From assembly GCA_964350315.1 (NCBI GenBank), contig CAYGJD010000001.1, positions 127,084 through 191,083 on the forward strand: a DNA stretch of 64,000 nt, written 5' to 3'. Below are positions 29,412 to 39,233 of the stretch, in pieces. Origin of the DNA: an uncultured bacterium (lineage in GTDB: Bacteria; Chlamydiota; Chlamydiia; Chlamydiales; 2-12-FULL-49-11). Positions within the stretch are counted from its first letter, which is position 1. Every line of letters begins with the position of its first letter. The position numbers were made by a program, and so were the translations under genes. A model generated the notes under the pieces. The model had not been told where the DNA came from, made no database searches, and was given only the letters and a program-made list of their open reading frames with translations.

Positions 29412-29972
29412 TTACACAATCTCAAGATCAAAGACATCTAAAAGTGATACTACCTCTGGAGCAGAAAATTTGCACTTATTTATTTTGTTTTGCGTAACAT
29501 CGATATGAAAATTTACCGCTTCTTGAAAGTCAGATTCAGTCAAGTCTGTTTGGTGGAATGTCGTTCCCTTTAAATCACACTCTTTGAAGGAGCTTTTTCT
29601 CATTTTGGCATCAGAAAAGTCGCACTCATCTACGATGCACTGTTGGAAAGATAATCCGCTTTTTAGATTCATGTCTGTAAATATACAGCGATAGAGTTTT
29701 GTGTTTGTGAAGATAGGCGAAAATAAAATCATATCACAAGTAGTGAAGTCAAGGCCCATGAGTTTTGAGTCTGCGAACTCAACATCTTTTAAGCGAACAC
29801 TACTTAAATCAACTTGATTGAGAAGGCAGTCTTGAAATCTACAATCTTGGAATGAGGCTCCTGAGAAATCTCGTTCATCAAAAACACACCCTTCAAACAA
29901 GCAATGGACATAGCGCGCATATGTTAAAGGGCCATCAATGTTACGAATTTCTTGTTCTTCTATTTCGATCAT
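29412..29972 (-). CDS. Pentapeptide repeat protein (Qnr/MfpA/McbG-like)
   Basis: Tandem 5-residue repeats such as CLFEG CVFDE RDFSG ASFQD CRFQD. Confidence 0.9.
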   Translation of the reverse strand: MIEIEEQEIRNIDGPLTYARYVHCLFEGCVFDERDFSGASFQDCRFQDCLLNQVDLSSVRLKDVEFADSKLMGLDFTTCDMILFSPIFTNTKLYRCIFTDMNLKSGLSFQQCIVDECDFSDAKMRKSSFKECDLKGTTFHQTDLTESDFQEAVNFHIDVTQNKINKCKFSAPEVVSLLDVFDLEIV

Positions 29973-29989
29973 TAATGCAGTTTACCATG

Positions 29990-30090
29990 AGAGAAAAAGT
30001 GGGGCAAGCTATAAAAAGGGCAAAAAAAGTATAGCTCACCCCAGAAGCTCCATTTGGAGCTAAAGTTGTTCCATCTTTAAAAACGGTTAA
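29990..30090 (-). ncRNA. Candidate small RNA or attenuator leader (three hairpins plus a U-tract)
   Basis: Hairpins at 30062-30078, 30046-30061 and 30000-30043. The last stem is fully paired only on the minus strand (tandem G-U) and is followed by CUUUUUCUCUC. TATACT lies just upstream. Confidence 0.4.
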
Positions 30091-30167
30091 TAAAGTATAA
30101 CCAAATTTTGGACTTTATAGAAACCTTTTTCTTGAATCCTCTAGAACAATAATATATCTTTCAAATT

Positions 30168-30965
30168 ATGCTTATAGTTGAAATTATTACCTTTTTATTT
30201 GTGGGTGCTTTTGCAGGTCTTCTCAGTGGAATGATTGGCATTGGAGGTGGTGTTGTATTCGTTCCTTTTCAAATATTAATTTACCAAATGGTGGGCGTCC
30301 CCCTCTTTCTTCAGATGAAATTAGCAATCGGCACATCATTACTTGCTACAGCATGTACAACATTTGCTTCAGCACGTGCCCACGCAAGACATAATGCAGT
30401 TGCTTGGGATCTGATCTATAAAATTGGTGTGGGTATAATATCTGGAGCTTTAATGGGTGCTTTTTTTGCGAGAGTTGTCCCAGGGAATGTTTTAGAAATT
30501 ATTTTTGGAGCCGTACTTGTTCTCTTAGGCATCTATCTATTTTTCTTTGTAAAGCTGCAAGATCACGAAACAGGAAGAATTCCTAATTTTGCCCTATTCA
30601 ACCTTGTTGGTGTTGGCCTTGGAACAACCTCTGCCATGCTTGGAGTTAGCGGTGGGTTTATGACAGTTCCAATTTTGCTCTTTTTCCACATCCCCATTAG
30701 ACGTGCCATTGGGACAGCAACAGCGATCGGATTTCTACTCTCATCTGTTGGGGCTCTTGCGTTTCTTTTCCCAAACTTGGAAGGCGTTTCGTATAAATAC
30801 GCTATAGGATACCTTTATATGCCAGCTTTTGTCTCCCTTTCCATCGGAGCCATGATTACATCTAAATGGGGAGCTCATCTAGCGCATTCGTTGCCAATTC
30901 CTCTGCTTAAAAAGGTGTTCTCTGTTATTTTAGTTATTGTCGGAATCTTGATGATGATGAAATAG
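30168..30965 (+). CDS. TauE/SafE (TSUP) family exporter
   Basis: GLLSGMIGIGGGVVFVP, AIGTSL, LGVSGG..TVP and AIGTA; duplicated 4-TM architecture. Confidence 0.9.
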   Translation: MLIVEIITFLFVGAFAGLLSGMIGIGGGVVFVPFQILIYQMVGVPLFLQMKLAIGTSLLATACTTFASARAHARHNAVAWDLIYKIGVGIISGALMGAFFARVVPGNVLEIIFGAVLVLLGIYLFFFVKLQDHETGRIPNFALFNLVGVGLGTTSAMLGVSGGFMTVPILLFFHIPIRRAIGTATAIGFLLSSVGALAFLFPNLEGVSYKYAIGYLYMPAFVSLSIGAMITSKWGAHLAHSLPIPLLKKVFSVILVIVGILMMMK

Positions 30966-30974
30966 TCTATTAGA

Positions 30975-31622
30975 CTAGCTAAAGAGAGACTTTTGGTTGC
31001 CGTAGTCACGCTTTTCTTTTAGTTGTTTTTCGAACTCAAGGTGGTCTTTTAGCCGCTTTTGTTCTTCTTGCTTTTTCTTCCCCTCTTCGCCTATTACAAT
31101 CATTTTTATCCGGTGCGTGGAAGAGCGTCTTCCCTTGTAGGTCTGGATTTGATCGACATAGTAATTGAGCTGTTTTTTAGCTATTAGGGCATTAGGAAAT
31201 TTCCAGCCTCTTACGTCTTTTAGTGAAAGACGTTTTTGTTCATATATCTGCTTATGTCGATAAAGGTGGAGGTCTTGATCGCGACAGCATTTGTGAGCAT
31301 CAAAGGCAGCTCCGTAAAGCGATTTGTAGGTCTTTGAGAGCGGTTTTGCTCTAAAGAGAAGGTCTATAGAGATTTTCTTCGTTTCTTTAGGCTGGGGAGC
31401 TTTTAAAAGAGTATTTGAGGTGGCTGTCGTGAGCTTAGGTCTTTTCTTTGTCTCGAGGCCATTTATGGATGGAAAATGGAGGGCCCTCATCCCCTGTTTT
31501 GAGCGATCTTGGGAGGTTTTTTTTGAGACAAGTGTTCTGAGCATTGCTTTTAGGCCGTGCTGAGTACAAAATTTAGAGACTTTCTCTGCAAATTTCTCAA
31601 CTTGTTCATTTGGAAGGGCCAT
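30975..31622 (-). CDS. Highly basic hypothetical protein
   Basis: 215-aa K/R-rich ORF filling the gap between tauE and tpx; no family motif recognised. Confidence 0.6.
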   Translation of the reverse strand: MALPNEQVEKFAEKVSKFCTQHGLKAMLRTLVSKKTSQDRSKQGMRALHFPSINGLETKKRPKLTTATSNTLLKAPQPKETKKISIDLLFRAKPLSKTYKSLYGAAFDAHKCCRDQDLHLYRHKQIYEQKRLSLKDVRGWKFPNALIAKKQLNYYVDQIQTYKGRRSSTHRIKMIVIGEEGKKKQEEQKRLKDHLEFEKQLKEKRDYGNQKSLFS

Positions 31623-31818
31623 TTGATTTATCCATATTTAAATAAATGTTTTATAGCTTTATGAAAACAATAATCTTAATTTTCAGGCCTATAGCTTAAT
31701 TCAATCTTAATATAATTGCAAATCAAAACTTTACTTTTGAAATAAAACTTTAAATAAAGAGGCTAAATCGGGCAAGATAAGAGGGATCAAATAAAAACAA
31801 CCTGGAGACCCTTAAAAT

Positions 31819-32343
31819 ATGGCGCATGTAACTTTGAAAGGTGAGGATGTTGAATTATTAGGGAGCTTTCTTAAAAAAGGAAATCTTGCCCCCGATTTTG
31901 CACTTGTGAGCCATGAAATGGAGACGGTAACTCTTGAAGATTTCAAAAATCACAAAAAGGTCATTGCAACTGTCCCAAGCATAGACACCCCAGTTTGTTC
32001 TGAAGAATCCATAAAATTGAATGAACTAGCGATGAAATTTCCAGATGTAATGATTTTTGTTATATCTAAAGACCTCCCCTTCGCACAATCAAGGTTCTGC
32101 AAGGACCATAAGATTGAGAATATCAAATTGCTATCTGACATAAGACCCAAGTCAAATTTCGCAAAGGATTACGGTGTTTTGATTGGATCAGGGCCACTTG
32201 AAGGTCTTTTGACAAGAACAATTTTAGTCCTAAATGAACATGATAAAGTGATTCATTCAGAGATCGTGTCAGAAATAACGCATTTCCCGAATTTTGACGA
32301 AATCTTCCAAGTTTTAGAAGAAAGCAACACTGAAAACGTGTAG
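31819..32343 (+). CDS. tpx: Thiol peroxidase (atypical 2-Cys peroxiredoxin)
   Basis: VTLKG, APDF, PSIDTPVC and SKDLPFAQSRFC. Confidence 0.95.
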   Translation: MAHVTLKGEDVELLGSFLKKGNLAPDFALVSHEMETVTLEDFKNHKKVIATVPSIDTPVCSEESIKLNELAMKFPDVMIFVISKDLPFAQSRFCKDHKIENIKLLSDIRPKSNFAKDYGVLIGSGPLEGLLTRTILVLNEHDKVIHSEIVSEITHFPNFDEIFQVLEESNTENV

Positions 32344-32420
32344 CCGTAAACTTGCAGTATCTTAAATTTCTTAAGAGCTAGCGTATTCGCGAAAATTAGG
32401 GTCCAAAATCAACTGATTCG

Positions 32421-34073
32421 TTATTCAGCCTCAAGTGGTTTATATGAAGGTTTGTACATGTTCGCTTGGAGCAAATATTCAAGCCCCTTCTCAGGCATGT
32501 TCTTTACTACACCTTCTTTATGAGCAACTTCAATGATTTTCTTCGCCATCAAGAGTGTAATTTCTCTTAATTGCTTAAACGAAGGAAAGAGATTTGGCAA
32601 TGCATGTTCTGAAAGAGTTTCTGCCGCGGCAAGAAACATTGTTTGGGTAATTTTTTCAATGTGCACAGTTGAGCAGGCAAGTCCAAATGCTGGAAATATA
32701 TAGACGTTATTGCACTGAGCTATATGGCGAGTTTCACCCTTATAAGTTGTGAGCTTGTAAGGAGATCCTGTTGCTATAATAGCCTCACCTTTAGTGTATT
32801 TAAGCAAATCTTTTGGATCGGCTTCTGATACGCTATTTGGATTTGAAAGGGGAAAAATAACAGGTCTTTTTGTATACGAGAGCATCTTTTTAACGATTGC
32901 TTTTGTAAAAGCGTCTTTGTGTGTTGATACTCCAATAAGAATTGTTGCGGGTATATTATCGATCACTGATTTTAAGGGGATATTGCCTGATTTATCTTTC
33001 CATTCTTCAACTTCTTCTTTGCTTTTGATAAAGGGTTTTACTTCTTCTCTGAGATCTTTCATTTCATCATGTATCAAACCATTTCTGCCTAACATATAAA
33101 TCAGATCGTACGCTTTTTGCTTTGGAATTTTATGAAAGAGAAGGTAATCAACAATTATATTTGCTATCCCAACTCCTGCTGATCCAGAGCCGTAGATAAC
33201 GATTTTTTGTTCGAGGAATGTCTCCCCTTTTATTTTTAGAGCAGTTAGCAATCCTGCTAAACCAACAGTTGCTGTTCCTTGTATGTCATCATTGAAAGAG
33301 CAAACTTTAGATGAGTACTTTTCTAGTAGGCGGTTTGCGTGATTTTTTTCAAAATCTTCCCACTGTAAAAGAGCTTTTGGAAAAACTTTTTTTACAGCAT
33401 TGATGAACCTGTCAATAAAAGCATCGTACTCTTCTCCCTTAAGGCGGGCATCTCTTTTCCCAACATAGAGAGGATCTCTTCGTAGTGCTTTGTTGTTAGT
33501 TCCAACATCAAGGAAAATTGGAAGTGTATTTTCTGGATCAACACCCCCGAAAAGCGTGTATAATGCAAGTTTACCAATAGGAATTACCATTCCTCCAACG
33601 CCAACGTCGCCAAGGCCAAGAATTCTACTTCCATCTGTTACAACGATTACATCAACACGTTCTCTACCTGAATTTCTTAAGACCTCTTCAATGTCATCCA
33701 TATCAGATGAAATAAAAAGACCACGACTTGTATGGAAATCTTCAGAAAAAGCTAGGGCAGCATCACCTACAGTCGGTGTGTAAACGTAGGGCAGCATTTC
33801 ATCAACATGTTCTAAAACAAGCTTATAGAATAAAGTTTCATTTCTATTTTGAAGTTCCATAAGAAAGCGATATTTATCAAGATGTGTTTCCTTACTGCAA
33901 AAATTTGCATAACGGCGTTTAAGCTGTTCGTGCATGGAAGAGACTCCAGGCGGAAGAAGTCCGTTGAGACCGAATGTGTTGCGCTCTTCTTTTGTAAACG
34001 CGGTGCCTTTATTATGGATAGGGCTTCTTAAGAGGTTTTTTCCTCTGAGCTTTATTTTCTTGGGATCGATCAT
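32421..34073 (-). CDS. maeA: NAD-dependent malic enzyme
   Basis: NKGTAF, YTPTVG, VTDGSRILGLGDVG, IPIGKLALY, FNDDIQGT, GSGSAG, PLSNP and QCNNVYIFP. Confidence 0.93.
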   Translation of the reverse strand: MIDPKKIKLRGKNLLRSPIHNKGTAFTKEERNTFGLNGLLPPGVSSMHEQLKRRYANFCSKETHLDKYRFLMELQNRNETLFYKLVLEHVDEMLPYVYTPTVGDAALAFSEDFHTSRGLFISSDMDDIEEVLRNSGRERVDVIVVTDGSRILGLGDVGVGGMVIPIGKLALYTLFGGVDPENTLPIFLDVGTNNKALRRDPLYVGKRDARLKGEEYDAFIDRFINAVKKVFPKALLQWEDFEKNHANRLLEKYSSKVCSFNDDIQGTATVGLAGLLTALKIKGETFLEQKIVIYGSGSAGVGIANIIVDYLLFHKIPKQKAYDLIYMLGRNGLIHDEMKDLREEVKPFIKSKEEVEEWKDKSGNIPLKSVIDNIPATILIGVSTHKDAFTKAIVKKMLSYTKRPVIFPLSNPNSVSEADPKDLLKYTKGEAIIATGSPYKLTTYKGETRHIAQCNNVYIFPAFGLACSTVHIEKITQTMFLAAAETLSEHALPNLFPSFKQLREITLLMAKKIIEVAHKEGVVKNMPEKGLEYLLQANMYKPSYKPLEAE

Positions 34074-34075
34074 TT

Positions 34076-35521
34076 TTAACTACCACCTAATGATGTAACA
34101 AGCTCCATTGTACTGATTAACTCTTCAGATTCCAAGCTTATTTTATTATCAATTAGGAGAAATTTTTCATTTTCTGATCGTAGTGAGTTGACAAGATGTT
34201 CTGCAGTGGCTTCTAGTCTAGCTCTTATTGAGATAAGTTTTTTTTCTACTATCTCAAGATCTTGATTCAAATAGAAGATTTGTTTGGAAATTAAAGACTT
34301 ATTAATCATTATATCTGCTACTTCGACAAGGGCAGCTGATACAACTTTTTTGTAATCACTTTGAGCTTTTTTGTACTTGGCCTGATACATGTTTATTTTA
34401 GCTTTTACTTTGGCTTGCTCGAATATATTTTGTTTCAAATGGTATCCATAAGCAAAACTAAAATTACTTATATTCAGAATGTCAAAGATAGATTTTGCTG
34501 TAGTTTCAAGCGTCGAATCAATAATGATTTTAGGGAATTTATCGGCAAGACTCATCCCCATAAGACCGCATACGTTTCTAAAGATATTTAGGGCTGATTT
34601 CACATCAGATCTATGGAGTACTACGTCCATTGGCGTTCCAGCAAAGACGTTTTGATCAACTTTAGGAAGGTCGAACTCTTCTCCAACAAGTTCAACAAGT
34701 TGTTCTAGACTGTTGATTCCTGTGTTTAACATAAGAGAATGGAAGGCTTTTTTGATGCTCATTCCTGAATGAAAAACCATTTCCTCTGCTTTGTTTAGTA
34801 GGTCTAGAGCCTCGTCGTATTCAGTTGAATCTCTGAGACCTGCCTTCACTCGTTCGTGAATTTTTTGCACAGTCTCTCTACAGTCACAGTCTAACGTTCT
34901 TAGTTTTTTTCTTCTGGTCTGATGCGATCTGATATATAAAAAATCCTTAGCGACAGCTAACCTTATAATGCTCCAAGTATCTTTAACAATTTCCATAACA
35001 GATAAAATGTCATTTTCTGCAGCCTGTTTCCAAGATTTGTTTTTCCCGAATAAGTCTACTTCAAGCTCAAATTTAAATAGGCGTAAGTAATTTTTGTTGC
35101 CTTGTAGAAAGTCTGTTGGAAGGTCATTTGTCATTACATGATTTACACTTAAACTTCCATTTTGTGTTTTCATTGAATCTGGGGAAAGAATTGAAACTTT
35201 GATGTATTGATCAAGATTTTTAACCATATCAGATACCGATTCAGGTTTCATGCCATATTTGAAGGCTACCTCTCTTAATTGGTTACGAGCAGATTCAAGT
35301 AGGGGGCTATTGTCAATGGCCAGTTCGAGAAGTTTTCCTAGCGTGGTACCATCAAACTGAGTCCACCATTTTTTTAAATTGGTAATCTCACCTGAGAATT
35401 CTTCTGTAATGTTGTGATGTTGATCTGGAATTACGAGTTCAACGAGGGTACAAGCAATATCGAGCTCTTCGCAAGAGGTAAGAGAAAAGAAGAGCAGGAT
35501 AAATGCAATCCGTTTGAACAC
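34076..35521 (-). CDS. Divergent TolC/NodT-family outer membrane lipoprotein
   Basis: Lipobox LTSC, WWTQFD..L..L...A, EVDLFG, GTPMDVVLHRSDV, FPKI and ALVEV. Confidence 0.8.
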   Translation of the reverse strand: MFKRIAFILLFFSLTSCEELDIACTLVELVIPDQHHNITEEFSGEITNLKKWWTQFDGTTLGKLLELAIDNSPLLESARNQLREVAFKYGMKPESVSDMVKNLDQYIKVSILSPDSMKTQNGSLSVNHVMTNDLPTDFLQGNKNYLRLFKFELEVDLFGKNKSWKQAAENDILSVMEIVKDTWSIIRLAVAKDFLYIRSHQTRRKKLRTLDCDCRETVQKIHERVKAGLRDSTEYDEALDLLNKAEEMVFHSGMSIKKAFHSLMLNTGINSLEQLVELVGEEFDLPKVDQNVFAGTPMDVVLHRSDVKSALNIFRNVCGLMGMSLADKFPKIIIDSTLETTAKSIFDILNISNFSFAYGYHLKQNIFEQAKVKAKINMYQAKYKKAQSDYKKVVSAALVEVADIMINKSLISKQIFYLNQDLEIVEKKLISIRARLEATAEHLVNSLRSENEKFLLIDNKISLESEELISTMELVTSLGGS

Positions 35522-35526
35522 AGATT

Positions 35527-36648
35527 TTACCTCAATTGGCTAAACTGATAATCTAAACATGCAGTGTCACTTGGAGAGGCTGATTCGATGTATACATCAA
35601 GCATTTCTTCAAGATAAATGGGAGCCATCCCCTTTTCAAATGAAAATGTTAATTCAAGTTTTTGTGATTCATTTTCAGATTTATTAAGTAATGGTGTAAG
35701 CGATACATAGCTAAGAATAAAATGAAGCTTAGGATTGCTTTTGTGAATTGCTATTGCTCTGAGGTTTTTATTTGGAGAAATTCTCCAAGCATCTTTTTCA
35801 TCAATATGAACTTTCAAATGTAGTGGGCTGTCTGAACCCATGATAATAGTATTTCTGTCGCTTTCGTTAACCCTTTCGCCCTTATGAACGTTAACTGCCA
35901 AAATCCTTCCTGAAATTGGCGCGTTTGATTGGCATTTTCTATACTTTCTTTCAGATGCGGCAACGTTTGCTTCATTTTTTTTCACGTGGGCTTTTCTAAT
36001 TTCAATTTGGGAATTGCTTACTGGCTCAGAAAGGCCTTCATACTCAACAAGAATTTTTTCAAGACCTTTTGCTAGTATTGCATGCTCTGCTTGTTTTTCT
36101 TGAGTTTCATTTTCTGTGACAGCTTGTTTTTCTAAAAGGCTTTGAAAGATTGAACAGAGCTTTTCACTTTTAGCAAGCTGGATGTTCACCTGTTCAATTT
36201 CCTTTTCTTTTGCTTGTAGTGTTAAATGAGACGGCCCCTCTTTAATTAAATTTAAGGCGGCAATAGATGCATCGTAGTCAGCAATTTTTTCTTTTAGTGC
36301 AAATTTTAAATCGGCATCATCGATGCGAAAAAGTAAATCCCCTTCTTTGACATAATCGCCAGCACGCACGTTAATCTCTGTGATTTCCCCTGCTACTCCG
36401 GGAGTAACCTCGATGTAACCAGTAGAAGGTAATACCCTACCCTGTCCAACAACGTGGTGAGCAAATGGAAGTCGAAGTTTTCCTGATGATGTTGCTTGCA
36501 TTTCTTGATCGAGTGTTGAGAACATCTCTTCTTCAATTTCGTTGCCATTTTTTTGGTGTACGTTGTGCAGAAAGAAAAAAGAAATAGAAAGAACGACAAC
36601 TTGTGCCGTGATTCCGCAAAGAAAAAACATTTGTTTTGATGATCGCAT
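35527..36648 (-). CDS. HlyD/MacA-type membrane fusion protein
   Basis: N-terminal TM; lipoyl half-motifs GEITEINVRAGDYVKEGDLLFRID and APISGRILAVNVHKGE flank a coiled coil. Confidence 0.85.
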   Translation of the reverse strand: MRSSKQMFFLCGITAQVVVLSISFFFLHNVHQKNGNEIEEEMFSTLDQEMQATSSGKLRLPFAHHVVGQGRVLPSTGYIEVTPGVAGEITEINVRAGDYVKEGDLLFRIDDADLKFALKEKIADYDASIAALNLIKEGPSHLTLQAKEKEIEQVNIQLAKSEKLCSIFQSLLEKQAVTENETQEKQAEHAILAKGLEKILVEYEGLSEPVSNSQIEIRKAHVKKNEANVAASERKYRKCQSNAPISGRILAVNVHKGERVNESDRNTIIMGSDSPLHLKVHIDEKDAWRISPNKNLRAIAIHKSNPKLHFILSYVSLTPLLNKSENESQKLELTFSFEKGMAPIYLEEMLDVYIESASPSDTACLDYQFSQLR

Positions 36649-36720
36649 AGTGCCCCCGTGTACATAGCCCTAAAATTCGAACCATAGGGTGGGGATCTAT
36701 ATTTTTCAAAGTATTTTTTA

Positions 36721-38034
36721 CTATGTTTCAGATTTTAGTTGTTCCGGCCAATTTTCGTGATGTCTTTGGACTTCTTGATTGTAGTATTTAAACATGGTTA
36801 AAATAGAAATCATCCATAAGATAAAGATCACAACAACACTCCATGAAAGCAGTGTTGTCAAGGCTATCCATGAGATACCTTGAAGAATGAGAATGACAAA
36901 TGATGCAACGGCTTTTGATGTTCTATAGGCAAAAACATCGATGATCGCCTTAGCTTTAAATTTTTCTTCAACCTTAAGAGGAATGTAGAGCATTTCTTTA
37001 ATGATTCCGAAAATAGAGTAGTCCATTGCTTTAATCGAACCAAAAGAAAGTGACATCATTCTAAAGTTTGGAAAAAGTAAAAAAGACAGAGCATTCATTC
37101 CTAAAAAAAATGGAACAAAAAAGTGTGTCCATTTTAGTCCAACCATTCGAACTAGTAAAAAACTTCCAACGAATTGTAAAACGACATTGATTGAATTTAC
37201 GATTCCAAAAAACCGGCCTAAAAATTGCGTTCGCAAATCTTGAACAGTAAAAGATTTTTCAAGCATAGAGTTGAACTGGTAATCTAGAATTGTTGCGGTA
37301 ATTTGCATAAAAGCAACAATTGTTAAAATGAAAAGCAAGAATTTCGATCGTTGAATAAGCTTGAATCCCGACAACATATCTGTTGATTCCATACTTGTTG
37401 CTCGGATGTCTTGTTTTGTGTGGATCTCTTCTCTTTTTTGAAGAGCGTATTGAAAAAGAACACGAACAATGATGTAAAAAGGAATCGTTGTTAAAAGAAG
37501 TTTTTCCGTTCCAAGAGAGACGGCTAAAAAGCTAGGAAATAAACTTCCAAAAACAGATCCTAGTCCGCCCATCCCAAAAAATATTCCATAGAGATATTTT
37601 GCTTTAGAGATATTGACTGTAGCATGAATTACAGACCACAGCTGTTGAAACATCAAAATAATAAAAATGTCTTTCCATAGATATAACGCAAATGGAAGCC
37701 ATGAAATAGATGTTAAATAAAAGGCAGAAAAGACGTTTATCAGTATCCCCATTGAGATGCTAATCCCCATCATTTTACTGCAGCCAAATTTATGAATAAA
37801 TCGGTTGTAGAAAGAGACAATTACAAAATTTAAAGGAACACTTGCAAGCCAAGCGGTAGGAAAAAACTTCGCTGAATATGCAGTTAAAAAGACAGAATTT
37901 GCAGAAGCTCGTGTGATTCCGGCCTCTGCTGTAATGAAAAAACTTAGCCCCATAACAAGGCCAATAAACCACTTCTCGCTGCTAGAAAAGCTGCGAAATT
38001 CACTTTTAATTTTATTATACAGATTTTGGATCAT
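36721..38034 (-). CDS. Npt/NTT (TLC) family nucleotide transporter
   Basis: 12-TM MFS-like; LYLWKDIF, AKYLYG..FG.GGLGS, DYQF, KAMDYSI..IIKEMLYIPL and KFKAKAIIDVF.YR.SK. Confidence 0.85.
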   Translation of the reverse strand: MIQNLYNKIKSEFRSFSSSEKWFIGLVMGLSFFITAEAGITRASANSVFLTAYSAKFFPTAWLASVPLNFVIVSFYNRFIHKFGCSKMMGISISMGILINVFSAFYLTSISWLPFALYLWKDIFIILMFQQLWSVIHATVNISKAKYLYGIFFGMGGLGSVFGSLFPSFLAVSLGTEKLLLTTIPFYIIVRVLFQYALQKREEIHTKQDIRATSMESTDMLSGFKLIQRSKFLLFILTIVAFMQITATILDYQFNSMLEKSFTVQDLRTQFLGRFFGIVNSINVVLQFVGSFLLVRMVGLKWTHFFVPFFLGMNALSFLLFPNFRMMSLSFGSIKAMDYSIFGIIKEMLYIPLKVEEKFKAKAIIDVFAYRTSKAVASFVILILQGISWIALTTLLSWSVVVIFILWMISILTMFKYYNQEVQRHHENWPEQLKSET

Positions 38035-39226
38035 AATCCATTTTTTTCATTACGACATTCGCCATATTTGGCTGAATGTATACCCAATTTTTGAAGTTGA
38101 CCGGTATGCTGACATCGGAGATGTCATGCGCAGGTACGACTATATCATTTTTCATTAATACTGGGAAGCGAAGACCGTACTTATCCTTTGAAACTTGGTT
38201 TTTCTCAAAATGAATAAGATGAGGTTCTAGCTTTAGATCGTCAATAATGATGTCAAATTCACTCTTGGTCATTGAAAAGACTGAGACCCTGTCAGTTTGA
38301 TCCATAATCGCTTTTGCGTGGTCATGAACAGGATGGTTTTCGTCAAAAAGAGCTTTGTTGATTTCTGAGAGCACTTCAAAATCGTTAACGCGAAGGTAGT
38401 TATCTACTGAGTCAAGAAAAGGTTTCCCTTCAAAAAAATGTATTATAAATTTCTTTAAATGATAACTATATGACTTCACATTTGGGTTTTGATAGAGTCT
38501 TTTATGCATGAAGTATCGGGCTAGCAGAAGTGCATAACATGATTCGAGTCCGTCCTCTTCTACACCGAGCACCATTTTTTCTTTGAAAGGTAAAATTTTC
38601 AATGAGTCAATCAACTGTAAATAATCAAAATATCCGTAAGCAAGACCTGTAAAGTAGGAGTCGCGTAACAAGTAATCAATTCTATCGCCTCCAAAAAAGT
38701 CGCCGGTTAAAATTTCTGAAACCAAGCTTTCCCAGGGGGTTAGAGGGGTTTTATACATCTTCTCGCCGACTGAGACTTTCACGATATCTTCAACGTCTAT
38801 CCCCTCTTCCTCCCAGATCGGAGTAAGGTGGTGACTGCGAATGATCTTCATTGTCCACTCTTCATGTCCATTTTCCCCCAGTAAGTCAAGCTCTGCCAAA
38901 TGAGAAAAAGGAGGGTGTCCTAAATCGTGGCATAGGGCTGCTGCTCTGAGAACTTTTCTCCAATAAGGAAGAACAGTTCTGTCAAAACCAGGGAAATGTG
39001 TAAGGAAGTTGTTTGAAGTCACTTGATCAAAGATTTTTGTGCAGACAAACATTGCTCCAATAGAGTGGTCAAATCTCTTGTGATCCCCTCCTCCATATAC
39101 AAAAGATGCCGAACCAATTTGGTGGATAGCTTGTAGCCTCTTAAATGGAAGGGTTCGTATTAATTTTACTTCCCACAAATCTAGTTCGATGAATTTATGG
39201 ATGGGATCATAAATCTTCTTTGCCAT
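38015..39226 (-). CDS. HD-domain phosphohydrolase (dNTP triphosphohydrolase/SAMHD1-like family)
   Basis: DPIH, FKRL..IHQ, HKRFDHSIG, AALCHDLGHPPFSH, HE, DRIDYLLRD and ARYFMHKRLY. Confidence 0.9.
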   Translation of the reverse strand: MAKKIYDPIHKFIELDLWEVKLIRTLPFKRLQAIHQIGSASFVYGGGDHKRFDHSIGAMFVCTKIFDQVTSNNFLTHFPGFDRTVLPYWRKVLRAAALCHDLGHPPFSHLAELDLLGENGHEEWTMKIIRSHHLTPIWEEEGIDVEDIVKVSVGEKMYKTPLTPWESLVSEILTGDFFGGDRIDYLLRDSYFTGLAYGYFDYLQLIDSLKILPFKEKMVLGVEEDGLESCYALLLARYFMHKRLYQNPNVKSYSYHLKKFIIHFFEGKPFLDSVDNYLRVNDFEVLSEINKALFDENHPVHDHAKAIMDQTDRVSVFSMTKSEFDIIIDDLKLEPHLIHFEKNQVSKDKYGLRFPVLMKNDIVVPAHDISDVSIPVNFKNWVYIQPNMANVVMKKMDYDPKSV

Positions 39227-39233
39227 ATCTATC

